From the NCBI GenBank assembly GCA_947445035.1, contig CANFCK010000003.1:168218-232217 (forward strand): a DNA stretch of 64,000 bases, in the 5' to 3' direction. Numbering within the stretch: the first letter of the stretch is position 1; every line of letters begins with the position of its first letter. This document shows, piece after piece, positions 29,402 to 38,816 of the stretch. A model generated the notes under the pieces. That model worked only from the letters and a program-made list of their open reading frames with translations, made no database searches and was not told the origin of the DNA. This DNA is from Deltaproteobacteria bacterium. GTDB taxonomy: Bacteria; Myxococcota_A; UBA796; SXON01. Position numbers and translations under genes: made by a program.

Positions 29402-30874
29402 TCACGGCGCGGCCGGCGCCCCCGAAAAATCCCCGTGGGGAAACACGCCGACCTTCCTACCCGATTCGGTGCCCGCCAGGCCGCAGTTGGCGATGGTGCC
29501 GTACACGTTGCCGGTGAAGTCGGTGTAGGCGCAAAAGTCGTCGGACGTGGCGTGAAGGCGGGCGGGCCATGAGGCGTCGAGGCCGCCTTGATCGTAGGGC
29601 TCGTAGTCCCACTGCTGGAAGGCGTCCGCTTCGTCGCAGATCGCCGTGATGACCGTCCACGGGCCGATCCAGGAGTCGGTGTGGCTCAGACAGGCACCGT
29701 TGACGACGCTCTTGTAGGCGCTGTGCCCACCGACCGAGAGCACCTCCCACTGTTGCGACGGGTCTGTCGAAATGCACGAGGTCGTCGAAGCGACAACGCC
29801 GCCCGACTCGGCCACCAGGCATCGCCCGTCCGACTTGAACTGGATGAGCGAGAAGGCTGGAGCCGTATCGCAGAGGTCGCCCACCCCGTCGCCATCTCCG
29901 TCCAGTTGGAAGGGATCGAAGACCTCGGGACAGACGTCCACGTCGTCCGCGATGCCGTCGCCATCGGTATCGCTGCCGGCGTCGATCGGCGGGTCGCCGG
30001 GCTCTGGACAGATCGCGCCGTGACAGGTCCAGTCAGGGTAATCGTAGCGGATCATCGCTTCGCCCGGCGCGCACACCTCGCCAGGAACGGGCCCGGACGC
30101 GCAGCCCCCTTCGAACCAACCGCCAGCGCGCGCCGCGTCGGTGATCACGATGGCGGACTTCACCTTCCCGAGGAAGTCACCTGAGACGGTGAGGGTCCCA
30201 CCTTCATCGCCGTTGCCAGAGAAATCGGTGTCTTGTTTGAGCACCCCGTCCAGGACCAACTCGATCTCCAGCGGCAGCACCGCCGCCTCGTCCTGCCAGT
30301 AGGGATCGACGGGGTCGTGGACCTCGACGGTGGTGCTGGCTCGACAACTTGAGTAGGTGAACTGGCTGATGGCCCGCAGCCCGTCGAGGGAAACGTTCCA
30401 CTCCACCGTACCATCGCCGCAATCGGCGCTCCAACTGCCCGTGCCCGAGGGGTTCTCGCAGCCGTTCATGCGACAGGTCAGCTCGTCCTTGATGGCGACG
30501 AACGCACGGACCAGTTCGTCGTTCTGCCAGAGGATCACGGGCCCGTCCACCGCCGCGCAGTCCGCATCCTCCACCAGGTAGGAGGCCTGCTCCAGGTCGG
30601 CCTCGCCCTCCCCCCAACGGATGCTCACCGCGTGAAACCCACAGGCGAGCGGCACGTGTCGTTCGGCATCGAGCGTCGCGACACAGGTGTCGCCGAAGCC
30701 AGGGTCCCCAACGTCCACCGCGACGCACACCACCGCATCGTCCAGCCCTACGACATCGACGCCAGAGGACTCATCGGTCAGGGTAGTCCCCGAGGGCGGG
30801 TCGAAGTGTGTGGCAGAGGGGTCCAGACTGCTCTGGGTGGTGCAAGCAGCGAGCAGGAGGGGGAGCGAACGCAT
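29402..30874 (-). CDS. Cys-rich lipoprotein with thrombospondin type-3 Ca-binding repeat and ricin-B-like lectin domain
   Basis: Lipobox LLAAC; DTDGDGIADDVDVCP...DGDGDGVGDLCD; GRCL...QQW and ACL...QQW repeats. Confidence 0.8.
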   Translation of the reverse strand: MRSLPLLLAACTTQSSLDPSATHFDPPSGTTLTDESSGVDVVGLDDAVVCVAVDVGDPGFGDTCVATLDAERHVPLACGFHAVSIRWGEGEADLEQASYLVEDADCAAVDGPVILWQNDELVRAFVAIKDELTCRMNGCENPSGTGSWSADCGDGTVEWNVSLDGLRAISQFTYSSCRASTTVEVHDPVDPYWQDEAAVLPLEIELVLDGVLKQDTDFSGNGDEGGTLTVSGDFLGKVKSAIVITDAARAGGWFEGGCASGPVPGEVCAPGEAMIRYDYPDWTCHGAICPEPGDPPIDAGSDTDGDGIADDVDVCPEVFDPFQLDGDGDGVGDLCDTAPAFSLIQFKSDGRCLVAESGGVVASTTSCISTDPSQQWEVLSVGGHSAYKSVVNGACLSHTDSWIGPWTVITAICDEADAFQQWDYEPYDQGGLDASWPARLHATSDDFCAYTDFTGNVYGTIANCGLAGTESGRKVGVFPHGDFSGAPAAP

Positions 30875-30931
30875 CGCGGGGGAGTGTAGCCCCACGCCGG
30901 ACGGCTCCCCCCGACCGGTAGTCACTCTCAC

Positions 30932-30960
30932 AAGACATTCGCGTCCGGCCCGGCTACTGT
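30932..30960 (+). promoter_or_regulatory. Sigma70-type promoter for the leader peptide / ATP-grasp gene
   Basis: AAGACA (30932-30937), 17 nt, TACTGT (30955-30960), 6 nt, GTG 30967. Confidence 0.6.
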
Positions 30961-30966
30961 TCAACT

Positions 30967-31053
30967 GTGACCCGCCTCGCCATCGCCACCAACGTCTTGT
31001 CCGTGGACACCTGTTGTTGTCCGCGTTCAACCGTCCGGTTGGCCCTGGCCTGA
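30967..31053 (+). CDS. Putative leaderless poly-cysteine leader peptide MTRLAIATNVLSVDTCCCPRSTVRLALA (28 aa)
   Basis: GTG...TGA in frame; TGT-TGT-TGT at 31012-31020; start sits at the predicted TSS. Confidence 0.65.
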   Translation: MTRLAIATNVLSVDTCCCPRSTVRLALA

Positions 31054-31099
31054 CCTCGCGCCGCGAGGCGCCACCCCACCGGATGCCCCTAAGGCATCC
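31034..31099 (+). promoter_or_regulatory. Attenuator-like alternative RNA structures
   Basis: Hairpins CCTCGC-gcc-GCGAGG (31054-31068) and GGATGCC-cctaa-GGCATCC (31081-31099); TCCGGT (31034-31039) can pair with ACCGGA (31078-31083), which overlaps the second hairpin. Confidence 0.5.
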
Positions 31100-31130
31100 A
31101 CCTTTCGGGCACCAATAACCTGGAGCTCGA

Positions 31131-32081
31131 ATGTCCCTTGTTCACGTTCTCTACGAAAACTCTGCATGGCTGCCCCCACTCGCCCGAGCGCTCGACGCGC
31201 GCGGCTTGCCGTGGGTCGCCCACTTCGCCGCCGAGGGCGCCTTCGAGGTCGAGGCCGACCCCGCGCCCGGCGTCTGGCTCAACCGGATGAGCCCCTCGGC
31301 CCACACCCGCGGTCACGCGGGCGGCATCCACTACGTCCGTGAGTGGCTTGGTGTGCTCGAGGAGCGCGGGTCGCCGGTGATCAACGGCGCGCACGCCTTT
31401 GCCCTGGAGGTCTCGAAGGTCCGGCAGCACGCCGCCCTCCGCGCCGCGGGAATCCTCACGCCACGCACCATCGCCGTCATCGGCCGCGACCGGCTACTCG
31501 AGGCCTCCCGGAGCTTCGAGGCCCCGTTCCTCACCAAGCACAACCAAGGTGGCAAAGGGCTCGGGGTGCAACTTTTCCGCTCTCACGACGCCTTCGATGC
31601 CTGGGTGAAAAGCGACACCGAGCTGCCGATGGATGGGGTCACCCTGCTTCAGCAGTACATCGAGCCACCGTCCGGCGCGATCACCCGCGTGGAGATCGTG
31701 GATGGACGGTTCCTTTTCGCGATGCGCTCCGCCACCGACGGCGGTTTCGAGTTGTGCCCGGCCGACAGTTGCCAGGTCGGCGACGCTTTCTGCCCCACGT
31801 CCGGCTCGTCGCGCTTCGCGGTTGAGGACATCGGGGCCGACGACCCCCTCGTCACCGCCTACCTCCGCTTCTGCGAGGCCCACCGCATCGATGTTGCAGG
31901 CATCGAGTACGTGACCGGTGCCGACGGCCGCCGCTACACCTACGACATCAACATGAACACCAACTACAACTCCCAGGTGGAGCGCGAAGCCGGCGTCGAC
32001 GGCATGGGCGCCATCGCCGAGCTGTGCGCCCGGCGGTTAGGCCTCGCCGCCAACGAGGTGGAGGGCTTCGGGGCGGCGTAG
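31131..32081 (+). CDS. RimK-like ATP-grasp ligase (alpha-L-glutamate ligase family)
   Basis: NRMSPSAHTRGH, VING, KHNQGGKGLGV, LLQQYI, FELCPADSC, YDINMNTNYN; GGAG SD. Confidence 0.88.
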   Translation: MSLVHVLYENSAWLPPLARALDARGLPWVAHFAAEGAFEVEADPAPGVWLNRMSPSAHTRGHAGGIHYVREWLGVLEERGSPVINGAHAFALEVSKVRQHAALRAAGILTPRTIAVIGRDRLLEASRSFEAPFLTKHNQGGKGLGVQLFRSHDAFDAWVKSDTELPMDGVTLLQQYIEPPSGAITRVEIVDGRFLFAMRSATDGGFELCPADSCQVGDAFCPTSGSSRFAVEDIGADDPLVTAYLRFCEAHRIDVAGIEYVTGADGRRYTYDINMNTNYNSQVEREAGVDGMGAIAELCARRLGLAANEVEGFGAA

Positions 32082-32210
32082 GGGGGCCTCGCGGTCTCGT
32101 TGGCCTGCGAGCGCTGGGCCGCGCCATTGACCCTCGCCCTGGCGGCCGTCCAGCTCACCCTCGTGCGACCCGCGCTCCAGCCCTTCCTTTCGATGCGATC
32201 GGCGGAGTCC

Positions 32211-32312
32211 GTCTTCTCCACCCAAGTGCTCCAGGAGTTCTACGTCACCGCGGTCACCGGCCGCGTCTATCAAGGCGGGCGGGTCGAGAACCCCTTTCTC
32301 ATGCCCGGCTGA
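32211..32312 (+). pseudogene. Internally deleted PIN-domain (VapC-like) toxin remnant
   Basis: STQVLQEFYVT joined directly to GRVYQGGRVENPF, i.e. the middle and C-terminal signatures of a PIN family with the region between them missing. Confidence 0.6.
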
Positions 32313-32323
32313 CCAGACCGGCG

Positions 32324-33574
32324 CTACGGCCCGATGAGCCTCTCGGCCATCACCGCCACCATCTCGTGCTCCACACTGTCGCCGTCGAGCTCCCAGGTCA
32401 TCACGCCCCCGAGCCCGAGGGCGTCGATCAGGTCGAGCTTCTCGCCCAGGCTCTCGGGGTCCTCGTAGCTGATGAACAAGCCCGTCTCTTCGCTGTAGAG
32501 GGTGGGAACGCGGGCGCTCGGATGCAAACGACGGGTGTACCGGGTGTCGCCGATGTAGTTTTCGACGAGGTCGTCGTAGTCGAACATTCCGGCCTCCCAG
32601 GTGCCCTCGCTCGTCGCGCGACCGGCCTGGAACAGCCCGCCGTCCGTGCTGCCGACGCCGCCCCACCCACGCCCATACAGCGGGACGCCCACCACGAGCT
32701 GGTCGGCGGAAACACCCTCGTCCAACCAGCGCTGTACCGAGGCGTCAACGTTGTAGGTCTCGGCGTGCACCGCCGTGGATCCATCGGGCATGTAGAGCGC
32801 GTTGTGGAGATTGGTCGTCGGCTCCCAGCCGCCGTAGAAGTCATAGGTCATCAGGTTGATCCAGTCGACTTCGGCGGCAATTCCGGCGGGCTCGAGGTTG
32901 TCCACCTTGTCGGACCCCGCGGGCGCGGCGATCGTGAGGAGCGAGGCCGGCGCCCGACTGTCAAGTTCGCTACGGACCGCACGGAGCAGCAGCGTAAAGT
33001 TCTCGGTGTCCGCCGCCGCCCCTTCGGTCAGCCCGCCGGTGACCGGGTACTCCCAATCGATGTCGATTCCGTCAAAACCGTACTCGAGCATGAAATCCAC
33101 GCACGACGTCGCGAACCGCCCCCGGCCAGCCGCGGTAGCGGCAACCTCGGGAAAGTCAGCCGACAACGTCCAACCGCCGACGCTGATCAGGGTTTTCAGG
33201 TGGGGGTACGCCGCCTTGATCTCGACCAATTGGGCGAAGTTGCCACCCCGAAGCTCGAGGGCAGCCCAGGGGTCGTAGACGGCACACTCGCCGTCCGTGA
33301 TGGTGGCGAACGCGTAGTTGACATGGGTCAGCTGCGCCGCCGGGATGTCGGCGACGCGGTAATTGCGGTCGTAGACGCCCCACTCCACGAAGTAGCCGAT
33401 GACCCGGCGCTCCACGAGGGTCCCGGTGTTGGTGTCACTATCGGTGTCGGTGTCGATGTTGGCCACGCAGCGGTCGCCCTCGAGGTGCGTGCCGCGCCCG
33501 CACGAAACGTCAACGCTGTCTTCGGTGCACCCGACGGCCAAGCCTGAGAGGGCGATCACAGAGAGAGCGCGCAT
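32324..33574 (-). CDS. GH18 chitinase, lipoprotein
   Basis: GYFVEW, THVNYAF, SVGGWT, FDGIDIDWEYP, NLMTYDF, GVPLYGRGW, GGVMTWEL; lipobox LAVGC. Confidence 0.95.
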   Translation of the reverse strand: MRALSVIALSGLAVGCTEDSVDVSCGRGTHLEGDRCVANIDTDTDSDTNTGTLVERRVIGYFVEWGVYDRNYRVADIPAAQLTHVNYAFATITDGECAVYDPWAALELRGGNFAQLVEIKAAYPHLKTLISVGGWTLSADFPEVAATAAGRGRFATSCVDFMLEYGFDGIDIDWEYPVTGGLTEGAAADTENFTLLLRAVRSELDSRAPASLLTIAAPAGSDKVDNLEPAGIAAEVDWINLMTYDFYGGWEPTTNLHNALYMPDGSTAVHAETYNVDASVQRWLDEGVSADQLVVGVPLYGRGWGGVGSTDGGLFQAGRATSEGTWEAGMFDYDDLVENYIGDTRYTRRLHPSARVPTLYSEETGLFISYEDPESLGEKLDLIDALGLGGVMTWELDGDSVEHEMVAVMAERLIGP

Positions 33575-33630
33575 GGAAGAACCTTGGGCTCCGCTAGCAT
33601 ACGCCGATCCCGGCTGAGCGGCGACTCCCC

Positions 33631-35664
33631 CTACAACCAGCGTGCGAACCACCCCGCCACTTGCCGCATCCGTTCGATGCGCCGGTCGATACGCCCCACT
33701 CGCGACAGGCTGTGGCTTTCTTCGGGGTACAACACAAGGGCCGTGGGAACGCCCTTTCGGAGCAGCGTCTCGTAGAGGGCATAGGCCTGCGAGGCGCTGC
33801 ACCGGAGGTCGCTCTCAGCGTGCATCACCAGGAAAGGAATCGTGACCCGTTCCGCATCCTTGAGTAGGGAGAAATCCCGCCACGGTGCCGGGTCCAACCA
33901 CGGCAGCCCGAAACCGAAGGTCTCCGGAAGAATGTAAGAGTAGTCACCATCCGTTGCGGCCAGGGCCCAATCGTAGAGCCCCCGGTCAGCGACGGCGGCT
34001 TTGAACCGGGTGGTGTGTTCGGCCAGGTACAGCGTCATGAACCCACCGTAGCTGCCCCCTGTGACCCCAATCCGCTGGGCGTCCACTTCGGGGCGCGCTG
34101 CCATCGCCTCCACGAAGGCAAGAAAGTCACGCGTCTCGACGGGCCCCCAGTGGGGCGAGATCGCCGATGCATGGGCCTCGCCGAAGCCGTGACTGCCGCG
34201 GGGATTTCCCCAGGTCACGGCGAAGCCCTCGTCGGCCAGGCGCTGCATCTCGAAGAACACCCGCGCCCCGTAGGCGGCCCACGGGCCCCCATGGATGTAG
34301 AGAATCCCGGGCGCGGGAACGGAGGCGCCGCGTGGCGATAAATACCAAGCCTGAGTGGTGACCCCATCGACCACACACTCAAGCCGTTCCGGGGCGCGTA
34401 ACGCGACGTCCGCAGCCAAGGCATCGTTGTGAGTGGTACGGTTGGCGACCCTTCCATGCAAGATGTGCGCGACCTCGACGAACGCGCCGGTCGTGCCATG
34501 CAACCCAGCGAGCCCCCCAGCGACGATCACGGGACAACAGAACGACTCGAATTCGGGTGTCAGATACTCCGTGGATCCGTCCAGCCCGAACCGAACGAGA
34601 CGTGTCGCGTCACGATCTTGCACGGAACACACAACAGCGCCGCCCACCCACAACGGCCTCCAGGGCACCAACGCGCACCCCGCCAGATCATCGAGTCCAA
34701 GGTCCATGACCGGGCGATCCAGGGTCGGTCCGAGGAGCCGGCCTTCGCCGGTGGCCAACTCGGTCACCCCTACCCGTGTGTTCCGCCAGCCCCACAGATC
34801 GTCCGGCGCCTGCCAAGACCAGGCCACAAAACGCCCGTCGGGTGAGACCGAGGCGTTGTCGAGCAGGCCATCGACAGCCGAAAGGCGTGTGGCCGATCCA
34901 TCTGAGACGTTGACGCGAACGAGCTCGTTGCGGGTGAACTCGCGGTCACCGCGGGGAAGCTCGGCGCGGGTCGCGACCACCGCCTGACCGTCCGGCGTCC
35001 ACGACGGGGCGCCATAGGCGTAGGGTCCGCACGTGAGCCGCCGGGCGGCGCCGGTCTCGATGTCGACAAGCCAAAGGTGGGGGAGGAAACCACCCTCCCA
35101 GCCGCCGCCATCGACGCGGGTGTGCGGCCTTGCGTAGACCCTCGCCACCGGAATGGTCGGTGCTGCTTTCCACTCCGGCTCACCCGCTGAGGCCCCGGGA
35201 AAGGCCTCGGGCCCGTCATTGCCAGCCGGCTGCCCCCACCGCTCAGCCGCCAGCACCATCGGCTGGTCCGGGCCCGCCGAAGGGGTGAACCCCACCACGA
35301 ACGTCCGTCCGTCAGGGGAAAGCGCCCCCATCCCAAGGGTTCCGTGGCCCAGGTTGGTGACTCGGCGCGCGTCGCCACCCTCGGCGTCCAGGCGCCAGAG
35401 CTGCCCGCCGCGCTCGCGGTCGGAGACGAAGAGCACGTATCGGCCGCCCGGCTCGGCGATCGGAGTCCGGTCGGCGTTTTCCCCCTGGGTAAGACGCACC
35501 GGCGCCGTGCCATCGAGGGCCGACGCGTAGAGCGCGGTGCGGTACCGTTTGCCATCGGCACCCACACGCTTGACTACGTACACGACCCGATCGCCCCATC
35601 GGCACGGGGCGGACGGAATCAGCACGCGCGCAAGATCGGACGCTTCGAAACGGCCGCTGGCCAT
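33631..35664 (-). CDS. S9 family peptidase (acylaminoacyl/dipeptidyl aminopeptidase)
   Basis: SPDG propeller repeats, YIHGGP, NPRGS, GGSYGG, ESDLRC, YPEESH. Confidence 0.93.
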   Translation of the reverse strand: MASGRFEASDLARVLIPSAPCRWGDRVVYVVKRVGADGKRYRTALYASALDGTAPVRLTQGENADRTPIAEPGGRYVLFVSDRERGGQLWRLDAEGGDARRVTNLGHGTLGMGALSPDGRTFVVGFTPSAGPDQPMVLAAERWGQPAGNDGPEAFPGASAGEPEWKAAPTIPVARVYARPHTRVDGGGWEGGFLPHLWLVDIETGAARRLTCGPYAYGAPSWTPDGQAVVATRAELPRGDREFTRNELVRVNVSDGSATRLSAVDGLLDNASVSPDGRFVAWSWQAPDDLWGWRNTRVGVTELATGEGRLLGPTLDRPVMDLGLDDLAGCALVPWRPLWVGGAVVCSVQDRDATRLVRFGLDGSTEYLTPEFESFCCPVIVAGGLAGLHGTTGAFVEVAHILHGRVANRTTHNDALAADVALRAPERLECVVDGVTTQAWYLSPRGASVPAPGILYIHGGPWAAYGARVFFEMQRLADEGFAVTWGNPRGSHGFGEAHASAISPHWGPVETRDFLAFVEAMAARPEVDAQRIGVTGGSYGGFMTLYLAEHTTRFKAAVADRGLYDWALAATDGDYSYILPETFGFGLPWLDPAPWRDFSLLKDAERVTIPFLVMHAESDLRCSASQAYALYETLLRKGVPTALVLYPEESHSLSRVGRIDRRIERMRQVAGWFARWL

Positions 35665-35717
35665 GGCGCTCTGGGAGAGCCGGCGGTCTATCCGGGCGCC
35701 GTGAGATAGGTGGCGGC

Positions 35718-36602
35718 GTGGCAACCCCCGACGAGGTCTTCGAGCTCGGTGCCAACGCGCTGCTCGCCGCCCGGGATCACAACCGAGAACGATGGGGACC
35801 AGCCCGCGCGATCCTCGCCCCGGCGAAGACAATCTGGTGCGTCGGCCTCGGGAAGAGCGGGATCGTGGCCCACAAGTTGTCCGCCACGCTGAAGAGCTTC
35901 GGCCGCGCGGCACACACCCTGCACCCTGTCGACGCGCTCCACGGCGACGCGGGGGCGATGGGCGCCGAAGACGCCCTCGTGGCGATCTCCGCCAGCGGAC
36001 ACACCGCGGAGATCCTGCGCTTCTTACGTGGCTCTCCCCTGCCCATCGTGGCGCTCACCGATCCCGGCTCGCCCTTGGCGGCCCTCGCCACCGCCACTCT
36101 CGACGCCTCGGTCGAGTCCGAAGCCGGCGGCGACGCACCGGTCACCAGCTTCCTCGTGGCGAGCGCGCTTGCGGATGCGCTGGCGCTGCAGCTGCGTGAC
36201 GACGGGGGACTGAATCATCCCGGCGGTTTCGTGGGGCTGGGACAGCGGCTGGTGGCCTCGTTGATGCGACCGGCACCACTGGTGACTGCGACCCTCACCG
36301 TAGCGGGCTGCATCCCCCATCTACACGATGGCGCCGTGCTCATCGAGGGGGGCGGCATCTTCACGGACGGCGATCTCCGCCGTGCGGTAGGCGCCGACCC
36401 GGCGGCGCTGTCGCGACCTGTCGGTGAGCTGTGTACGCGTGAGCCGGTGACCGTCCGCGCCACCGACCCGGCAAGCCTCGCCCTCGACCGCATGGAGCGC
36501 CGCAGCTCTCAGCTCAGCGTCCTGCCGGTGGTGGACGAGGGCGGCCGCTACGTCGGCTTGGTGCGGCTTCACGACCTCGTGCGCGCGGGGCTCGGCGCAT
36601 GA
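35718..36602 (+). CDS. kdsD: Arabinose-5-phosphate isomerase (KpsF/GutQ, SIS+CBS)
   Basis: GLGKSGIVAHK, DALHGDAG, HPGG, GIFTDGDLRR, LHDL; coupled to kdsA. Confidence 0.9.
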   Translation: MATPDEVFELGANALLAARDHNRERWGPARAILAPAKTIWCVGLGKSGIVAHKLSATLKSFGRAAHTLHPVDALHGDAGAMGAEDALVAISASGHTAEILRFLRGSPLPIVALTDPGSPLAALATATLDASVESEAGGDAPVTSFLVASALADALALQLRDDGGLNHPGGFVGLGQRLVASLMRPAPLVTATLTVAGCIPHLHDGAVLIEGGGIFTDGDLRRAVGADPAALSRPVGELCTREPVTVRATDPASLALDRMERRSSQLSVLPVVDEGGRYVGLVRLHDLVRAGLGA

Positions 36603-37408
36603 TCACCCCGTGGAAGCTGGGTGACATCACGGTGGGCGAGGACTTCTTCTTCGTGCTCGGCCCGTGTGTGCTCCAGCCGGGGGGCATCACTGAACGGGTG
36701 GCCGACGGTATCGCCGAGGTGTGCGCGCGGGTGGGCGTGCGCTGGGTGTTCAAGGCCAGCTTCGACAAGGCCAATCGCAGCTCGGGTGCCGGTGGGCGCG
36801 GCCCGGGGCTGGACGAGGGGCTGGAGCAGCTGAGGCGCCTTCGGGAGCGGCTCGGGGTGCCGCTCACCACGGACGTCCACCTTCCCGAGCAGGCCAAAGC
36901 GGTGGCCCAGGTAGCGGATCTGCTGCAGGTTCCTGCGTTCTTGTGCCGGCAGACCGACCTGTTGGTAGCCTGCGCGGAGACCGGCAGGCCGGTCAACGTG
37001 AAGAAGGGCCAGTTCATGGCGCCGGGACAGATGCGTGGGGTCGTCGGCAAGCTCGGTCGTGCGCCTGGAGTCATGCTGACGGAGCGGGGGACGAGCTTCG
37101 GGTACAACGATCTGGTCGTCGATTTTCGAGGGCTCGTGCAGATGCGCGAGCTGGGCGTTCCAGTGTGTTTTGATGCCACCCACAGCGTCCAGGCCCCCGG
37201 GGCGCTCGGCGACGCGTCGGGGGGGGATCGGCGCTACGTCGGGCATCTGGCGCGCGCGGCCGCCGCCGTCGGCATCGATGCACTGTTTGCAGAGGTGCAC
37301 GACGACCCAGCGTCGTCGCCCAGCGATGCGACCACGATGTTGCCATTGGAGGGGTTGGAGCGCCTGCTACGCGCGGTCGTCGCGGTGAGGGCGGCAGTGG
37401 CCGGATGA
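36599..37408 (+). CDS. kdsA: KDO-8-phosphate synthase
   Basis: KASFDKANRSS, QVPAFLCRQTDL, NVKKGQF, ERGTSFGY, DATHSVQ. Confidence 0.97.
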   Translation: MITPWKLGDITVGEDFFFVLGPCVLQPGGITERVADGIAEVCARVGVRWVFKASFDKANRSSGAGGRGPGLDEGLEQLRRLRERLGVPLTTDVHLPEQAKAVAQVADLLQVPAFLCRQTDLLVACAETGRPVNVKKGQFMAPGQMRGVVGKLGRAPGVMLTERGTSFGYNDLVVDFRGLVQMRELGVPVCFDATHSVQAPGALGDASGGDRRYVGHLARAAAAVGIDALFAEVHDDPASSPSDATTMLPLEGLERLLRAVVAVRAAVAG

Positions 37409-37415
37409 CGCCCGC

Positions 37416-38816
37416 TCAGAATTGAAAGTAGTAGAAGTCGCGCGCTTCGACGGCGTACAACGAAACCAATCCGCCGACTACCGCGATCAAGAGCGCCAAG
37501 GCCGCCGGACTCGCGGAACGAGCGTTGGCGAGAACGCGCTCCTTCCAGCCGCGTGGGCTCAGATGCAAGAGGATGACGCCGACCAGGAACAGCGCCGCGG
37601 TTGGATCCCAGAGGCCGCCCGCCGCTCGCCCGAACGAAAACAGGCTCCGCAACGCTTCGCCGAGCCGATCCAGCGGGATCGGCCGCAGCGCCATGACGCT
37701 CAGCGCGGTGAGTTGGAACGCAAACAAGCTCTCCAACACCAGCGCCCCCCCGCGCCCGGGCTCCGGCCGGACCAGCCTCCAGGACGCCGCCAAAACCCCG
37801 TTCCACAAGCCCATGAGCACATAGGAAGCGCCCACACCGTGCCACACGCCCGAAACGAAGAACACGAGGAACAGGTTGAACCACAGCCGACCCCGGCCGG
37901 CCCGTGAGCCGCCGAGCGGAAAATACAGGTAGTCCCGCAAGAAGGAGCCGAGGGTCATGTGCCAGCGGCGCCAGTGTTCCAACGGGCTCGGCGCGAAGGC
38001 CGGGCGGTCGAAGTTGACCGGGAGCACGATGCCGAAGAGCAGCGCGGAACCGATGGCGATGTCGGTGTACCCAGAGAAGTCGCAGTACAACGAGAAGTAG
38101 GCCGCCCAGTCCGCGAGCCAGGCTTCTGCTGCATTGTAGCGGCTGGGATTGGCGAAGAAGGGGTCCACCAGCGCCCGCCCGATGGTGTCACCCAACACCA
38201 ACTTCTTGACCATGCCGATGCTGATGAGCATGAGCCCCTGGCCAATCGCGCCCGCGTCGCGCCGGGGCGGCGCAGCGATCTGCGGCAGAAACTCCGACGC
38301 GCGAACGATCGGGCCGGCAACGAGCTGAGGAAAGAACGAGACGAAGTGAAAGAACTCCAGCAGGTTCCGCGCCGGCGCGATCTGGCGCCGGTACACATCG
38401 ATCGAATAGCTGAGGGTCTGAAAACTATAGAAGCTGATGCCGATCGGGAGCCCGATCCCCAAACGTGGGAGGGTGACGCTGAACCCAAGCAGCCTACACA
38501 ACGCCTCGACCGACTCCAGGAGAAAATCGCCGTACTTGAACACCCCAAGCATGCCCAGGTTGCCAACGATGCTGACACCCAAGAGACGTTTGCGTATATT
38601 GGGGCGATCTTCCCGACCCAAAAGCGAGCCGACCGCGTAGTCCAGCACGGTCGCCGCACCGAGGAGAATCAGGTAGCGAAGGTCGAAGCTCCCGTAAAAG
38701 CTAAGGCTGGCAACCGTCAACCACAAGACCGCGAACCAGGTGCGCCCCTTCAGCGCCCGAAAGACCACCCACACCACGGCCAGGAAGATCACATACTGGA
38801 GGTCGGTGAACCGCAT
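37416..38816 (-). CDS. MBOAT O-acyltransferase (AlgI/DltB-like) ending in FYYFQF
   Basis: LPIGISFYSFQ, FFPQLVAGPI, YCDFSGYTDIA, WRRWHMTL, SGVWHG. Confidence 0.95.
   Translation of the reverse strand: MRFTDLQYVIFLAVVWVVFRALKGRTWFAVLWLTVASLSFYGSFDLRYLILLGAATVLDYAVGSLLGREDRPNIRKRLLGVSIVGNLGMLGVFKYGDFLLESVEALCRLLGFSVTLPRLGIGLPIGISFYSFQTLSYSIDVYRRQIAPARNLLEFFHFVSFFPQLVAGPIVRASEFLPQIAAPPRRDAGAIGQGLMLISIGMVKKLVLGDTIGRALVDPFFANPSRYNAAEAWLADWAAYFSLYCDFSGYTDIAIGSALLFGIVLPVNFDRPAFAPSPLEHWRRWHMTLGSFLRDYLYFPLGGSRAGRGRLWFNLFLVFFVSGVWHGVGASYVLMGLWNGVLAASWRLVRPEPGRGGALVLESLFAFQLTALSVMALRPIPLDRLGEALRSLFSFGRAAGGLWDPTAALFLVGVILLHLSPRGWKERVLANARSASPAALALLIAVVGGLVSLYAVEARDFYYFQF

Noticed and set aside
30889-31130. 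Known metabolite riboswitch (SAM, TPP, cobalamin, etc.) upstream of the ATP-grasp gene
   Set aside because: No consensus motifs recognised; the leader-peptide model explains the region better
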